Of a stretch of 64,000 nucleotides of DNA, positions 59,340 through 64,000 are shown piece by piece. How positions within the stretch are numbered: position 1 is the first letter of the stretch; each line of letters starts with the position of its first letter. The DNA is taken from NCBI GenBank assembly GCA_030390025.1, contig CM059431.1, forward strand, positions 148,926,001-148,990,000, read 5' to 3'. Position numbers and translations under genes: made by a program. The DNA comes from Squalus acanthias. Lineage: Eukaryota. The notes beneath the pieces are model-generated. The model saw only the letters and a program-made list of their open reading frames with translations, was not told the DNA's origin and made no database searches.

Positions 59340-62300
59340 TGAGTTGTCAGATGACTGATGAGTCCAAGATGGCACCTACATGCTGTGTCACAGGTGGAGC
59401 AGACGTTGTTTGAAGGGGCAGGTTGGTGGGGTGCTTGGGTTGTCGTGCGCTCCTTCTGGTGTTTGTGCTTGGCTTCCACTTGCTCCCGGCGAAGAGACAA
59501 GCGATGTTTGCTGCATTCCCGGTTTCTTCTCCTCCACTTTGATCGCTCTTTGGCCAGGAATTCCCAAGTGTCGGAGGGGAAGTTGCACTTTTGCAAGCAA
59601 GCTTTGGGGGTGTCCTTGAAGCGTTTCCTCTGCCCACCTGGGACTCTCCTGCCGTGTCGGAGCTCCGAGTAGAGCGCTTTCGTTGGGAGTCTCGTATCAG
59701 TCATAAGGACAATGTGGCCCGTCCATCGGAGCTGATGGCGCGTAATCAAAGCATCGATGCTGGGGGTGTTGGCCTGAGCGAGAACACTGACTTTGGTGCG
59801 CCTATCCTGCCAATGGAGTGACAGGATCTTGAGGAGGCAGCGTTGGTGGTACCTCTTCAGTAATTTGAGATGTCGGCTGTACATGGTCCATGTCTCTGAA
59901 GCGTACAGGAGGACGGGAATCACTACTGCTCTGTAGACCATGAGCCTGGTGCGGGTTTAAGGTCCTGCTCTTCAAACACTCTCACCCTCAGACGACCGAA
60001 GGCTGCACTGGCACACCGAAGGCGGTGTTGGACTTCGTCATCGACGTCTGCCCCTGTTGACAGTAGACCCCCGAGGTATGGAAAGTGACCCAGGTTGACC
60101 AAGGCATGGTCGTGGATCGTGATAATCGGGGGGCAATTCTGTGTGGCTGGGGTAGTTTGTTCGAAGACATTTGTCTTACGGATGTTTCATGCAAGACCCA
60201 TGCTCTTGTACGCTTCAGTGACTGTGTTGACAATGGTTTGGAGTTCGACCTCCGAGTGTGCGCAGATGTCTGCATACTGTAATTCGAAGACAGGATGTGA
60301 CTACCTTGGAACTGTACTGGAGGCGACGGAGGTTGAGCATTTTCGATTTTTTTGTGTAAATTAGATCCACTCCAGCGGGGAGCTTAGTGAGGGTGAGATA
60401 GAGCATTGCAGCCAGGGAGATCGAGAAGAGCGGTGGTGCGATGACACAGCCTTGCTTGACCCAAGTCCGTAAGTGAATTGGATCTGTGGGGGATCCGTTG
60501 GTCAACATCACGGCTTCCATGTCATCATGAAGCAGGCAGATGATGATGTCAAACATTTGAGGGCAGCCGAATTTGAGGAGGACACTCCCTAATCCCTCAC
60601 AGTTGACAGTGTCGAAGGCCTTTGTGAGGTCAAAGAAGGCCATGTACAGTGGTTGGTGCTGTTCCTTTCATTGCTCTTGTATTTGACGCGCGGTGAAGAT
60701 CATGTCCAATTTTCCACTTAGTGGGCGTATTCCACATTGCGACTCTGGGAGGAGCTCTTCAGCCACTGGGAGAAGGCGACTGATGAGGATTATTGCGATT
60801 ACTTTCCTTGTGCAGACAGCAGGGAGACTCCATGTAATTTCCGTATCGTACTTGACACCTTTCTTCGAGATGGTCATGATTATGGCATCTCTGAGATCCC
60901 CTTGCATGCTCTATTCCTTCCAAATAAGATAAACAATTTCATGTGTTCGCGCCAATATTGCTTCTCCACCATGGTTTAGCGCCTCTGCAGAGATTCCATC
61001 TGCTCCTGATGCCTTCTTGTTCTTCAGTTGTTCTGTGGCCTTTTCAAGCTCATACCGGGCTGGGATTGTGCTGAGGTGGTGGCAGCTAGCATGCTGAGAG
61101 ATAGAGTTGAGGACAGGCGCATGAAAGACAGAATCTCGGTTAAGTATATCTTCGAAATGCTCCTTTCAGTGGGCACTGACTGCCTCTCTGTCCTTGATGA
61201 TTACCTCTCCCTTCTTGTCCCGCAGTGGGGTAGGACCTTGAGTGCTTTGGCGGTAGGTGGTCTTGACTGTGCTAACGTATCCACGCATGTCGTGGTTGTC
61301 GGCTAGCTGCTGGATCGCCTGCGCTTTCTCCACCCAGCATCTGTTCTTTAGTAAAGAGTTTTTTTTTGGACCTCGGCCAAATGACATCTTTCGAGCTGCT
61401 TTCTTGCTCTCGAGTTGTGTTGCTGTTTCCAGATCCTGGATCTCTTGTCCGTTCTCGTCGAACCAGTCTTGGTGCTTCCTGGTCGAAAAGTTTAGCGCCT
61501 GGCACTAATTATCGCCTTCGTGTGAAAACTTGGCATTTATCGCCCCTGGAGGTGATTGGAGCGCTAAATCAGGTGCTTCACACCTGTCTTACGGCTCAAA
61601 GGCCGAGGAGTGAGGCGCTACCTCAGAGCGCTGGCGAAGCTCATGTGATGTCAGTATGCAATGGAACACAGACACAATGGCGCCGGCCAGTTCTTAAATG
61701 GGAGAGTTGAGCTTGGTCTCCTTTCACATCCTGCCCATTGCAGCCTTGAATCTCGGCCTGGAGTGACCTGTACATCAAATCTGCTAGAAAGAACAATGGA
61801 GAGTCCCAGGGAAAGAGTTCAGATGCAGCCCCCACAGTCTCTTCTAAATAGATACAAGGAAGGGCAAATCAAAATGAACCTGCAAAGTACTGCTCAGTCC
61901 CCAAAACTCCTTCACGCAGCGTTGAATCACTGCTGAAGTCTTTCGCTCTCTCTCTGAATGCGTGGTGTAAAAATGTCACAAACAAAAAAAGGCAGGAAGC
62001 AGTCACCTCTAAATATTGCTCCCCCAATCCCTTCCTGACTGCAAAACGCTCTGCTCAACCTGCCGTTGCTAGCGGCAGCCGGTAATGCAGGGGGCGCCAC
62101 TCAATATCTGCTCTGGGCTCTCCCGGGGCGTTACGCACTCGACTGACTTCACGATCTGCCAGCGCAGGAGATCGTGGCGGTAGTGTTTAGCCCCGCAGCA
62201 AAATGTCTAGTTAATTTCTTGAGCGGCGCAAACAACGCCGCCCACGTGCGCTAGTTGCTTTGCGCACCATTAGCGCCCTCTTAAGGCGCTAACGGGAGGC

Positions 62301-63345
62301 GCAAACCAACTGCAATTTACCCTTTATCTCTGAATCACTGGGATAACCACATAATGATGACTCATTGCTTCCAGTCAGACATGGGGAAGCTAACTTCCTG
62401 CTGATTACCTCCTACCACGCTGATTCAGCTGATGAATCAGCACATCTTCATGCAGAACAACAGTTGATTAAAGCACCGAGAGCAGCTTCGTTTTGAGGCG
62501 CAGGCTGAAAAGGCTTTCTTAGCAGGGTCTTTCTGTGCTCCAGCGTTGATTTTCTGTTCCATTGTTTCTGTTGCCGCCGCTGTGTTGGGGCTACATTGAT
62601 GGAGATGACAGAGGGGATTAGCGGCGGTCTGTCAAGCAGTCGTCAGCTCCTGTCATTGCGCGGGTGATGCCTACGTCCATGTTGTCCCTCGCTCGGACGA
62701 TGACGTAGTCCAGCAGATGCCAGTGCTTGTAGTGAGGGTGTTGCCATGAAGTCTTGTATTTGTATATCAGACGAAACAAGATGTTGGTAATGACAAGGCC
62801 ATGTTCTAAGCTTTGCGTCAGGAGGAGGGTACAGTTGGAGTTGGCTTCCCCTGCCCCCTCTCTGCAGATCACACATCGCTAGATGTCTGTGTCCTGTCCA
62901 ACTCTGGCGTTAAAGTCGCCAAGGAGGATTAGCTTGTGGCCCGTTGGGAATCGGGATAGTGATTATTCGATGCTGGAGTTGAATTCCTCTTTGGCATCGG
63001 TGGTGTCTTCCAGTGTTGGGTTGCACGCAGTGATGACTGTAGCGAAGTGGTTCCCGGCTAGCTTGAGTCGCAGAGTCATGAAGCGTTCGTTTATTGCACA
63101 AGGGGAGTCTCTGAGAGGTCCAACTAGCTCATTTTTTATGGCGAAGCCTACCCAATGGAGGCGGCGTTCTTCTTCAGGTTTGCCTTTCCAGAAGAAGGTG
63201 TAACCACTGCCTTGCTCCTTGAGCTGACCTTCACCTTCCCGCCAGATCTCACTTAGGGCGGCGATGTCTATGTCGAATCGTCTAAGCTCCCTGGCAACAA
63301 TAGCAGTGCGGCGTTCCGGTCTGTCGATGTTGGGGTTTTCCATTG
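59340..63345 (-). mobile_element. RTE (BovB-like clade) LINE, degenerate and interrupted
   Basis: RPERRTAIVARELRRFDIDIAALSE, GYTFFWKG, HPHYKHWHLLDYVIVR, AFFDLTKAFDTV, KQGCVIAP, VYRAVVIPVLLYASETW. Confidence 0.92.
61491..62322. mobile_element. Internally deleted relative of the Harbinger at 30421-34581 (left TIR missing)
   Basis: 61491-~61815 aligns to ~30477-30800 and ~61822-62322 aligns to ~34055-34580, ending ggcgcaaaccaactgcaatttaccc. Confidence 0.85.
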
Positions 63346-63349
63346 CCTA

Positions 63350-63830
63350 AGGACATAATGAAGTGTCATGGCTTCCAGTCAGACATGGGCAAAGTAACTT
63401 TCTGCTGATTACCAACTACCACCCTGATTCAGCTGATGAATCTGCACATCTTCATACAGAACACCACTGGTTTGGAGCAGCCAGAGCAGACGGGCACAAA
63501 ATATACTCTCTGGTTGGGGAGGGGGTGACTTCAATGTCCATCACCAAGAGTGGCTCAGAAGAAACAATCATTAACCGAGCCCTGAAGAGCTGCCAGTCTG
63601 GGATTGCTGCAGGTGGAGGGAGAAACAACAGGGGAAATAGCCTGTGTGACCCCGTCCTCACCATTCAACCTATCGCATATGCATCTGTCCATGAATCTAT
63701 TGGTAGGACTGACCACTGCACCATATTTGTTGAGAATAATTCTCGTTATTCAGACTGAGGTCACCATTCATCGTATCCTGTGCCACTACCATCCTGCTCA
63801 GTGGGATGAAATTAGACAGATTCAAGCGAT
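63350..63830 (+). mobile_element. Endonuclease fragment of the CR1/Jockey-group LINE
   Basis: SW..VRHGQSNFLLIT.Y.P.SADES, GDFNVHHQEW, SIGRTDH; upstream part of the same domain at ~59115-59235. Confidence 0.75.
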
Positions 63831-64000
63831 CCCACAATCAACAGATCAGATTATTTCAAAGCTGTCATATCATTTCGTAAATGACATTTCCCCATAGTCC
63901 TGAAAATGTCTCCTTTTCAAGTATTTATCGAATTACCTTTTGAAAGTTTCTATTAATAAAGAAAGACTTGCATTTATAGAGCGCCCTTAACGACCTTTGG

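Noticed and set aside
58452..59375. 307-aa ORF as a novel fusion protein
   Set aside because: Chance read-through from antisense LINE sequence into CR1 RT and then a MITE

Overview
Repeat-dense eukaryotic (vertebrate) DNA. The repeat families and the GPR139-like receptor type suggest a cartilaginous fish (inference). Most of the window is CR1, L2, RTE, another CR1/Jockey-group LINE, SINEs, a Penelope-like fragment and minisatellites, several of which visibly grew out of SINE or LINE segments. Genic content: (i) two convergent GPR139-like GPCR paralogues in ~2.1-kb inverted duplicated blocks (4.2-6.3 kb and 53.6-55.7 kb), the second with a 1-bp frameshift; (ii) seven minus-strand exons (34804 to 13108) encoding the post-NBD linker and membrane domain of an ABCG half-transporter of invertebrate/plant-like type, with one splice donor deleted, no ATP-binding exons seen, and two extra damaged copies of one exon at 40.4 and 44.4 kb; (iii) an apparently intact 4161-bp autonomous PIF/Harbinger transposon (30421-34581; 12-bp TIRs, TCT target duplication) with a DDE transposase and a three-exon Myb/SANT-like partner, plus a deleted derivative and three Harbinger-type MITEs. 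No prokaryotic features, CRISPR arrays, rRNA or intact tRNA genes were seen. I found nothing I can support as a wholly new biological system. The best leads are the intact Harbinger, the atypical ABCG and the repeated birth of satellites from TE segments. Repeat boundaries are approximate unless a TIR, TSD or splice site is quoted.
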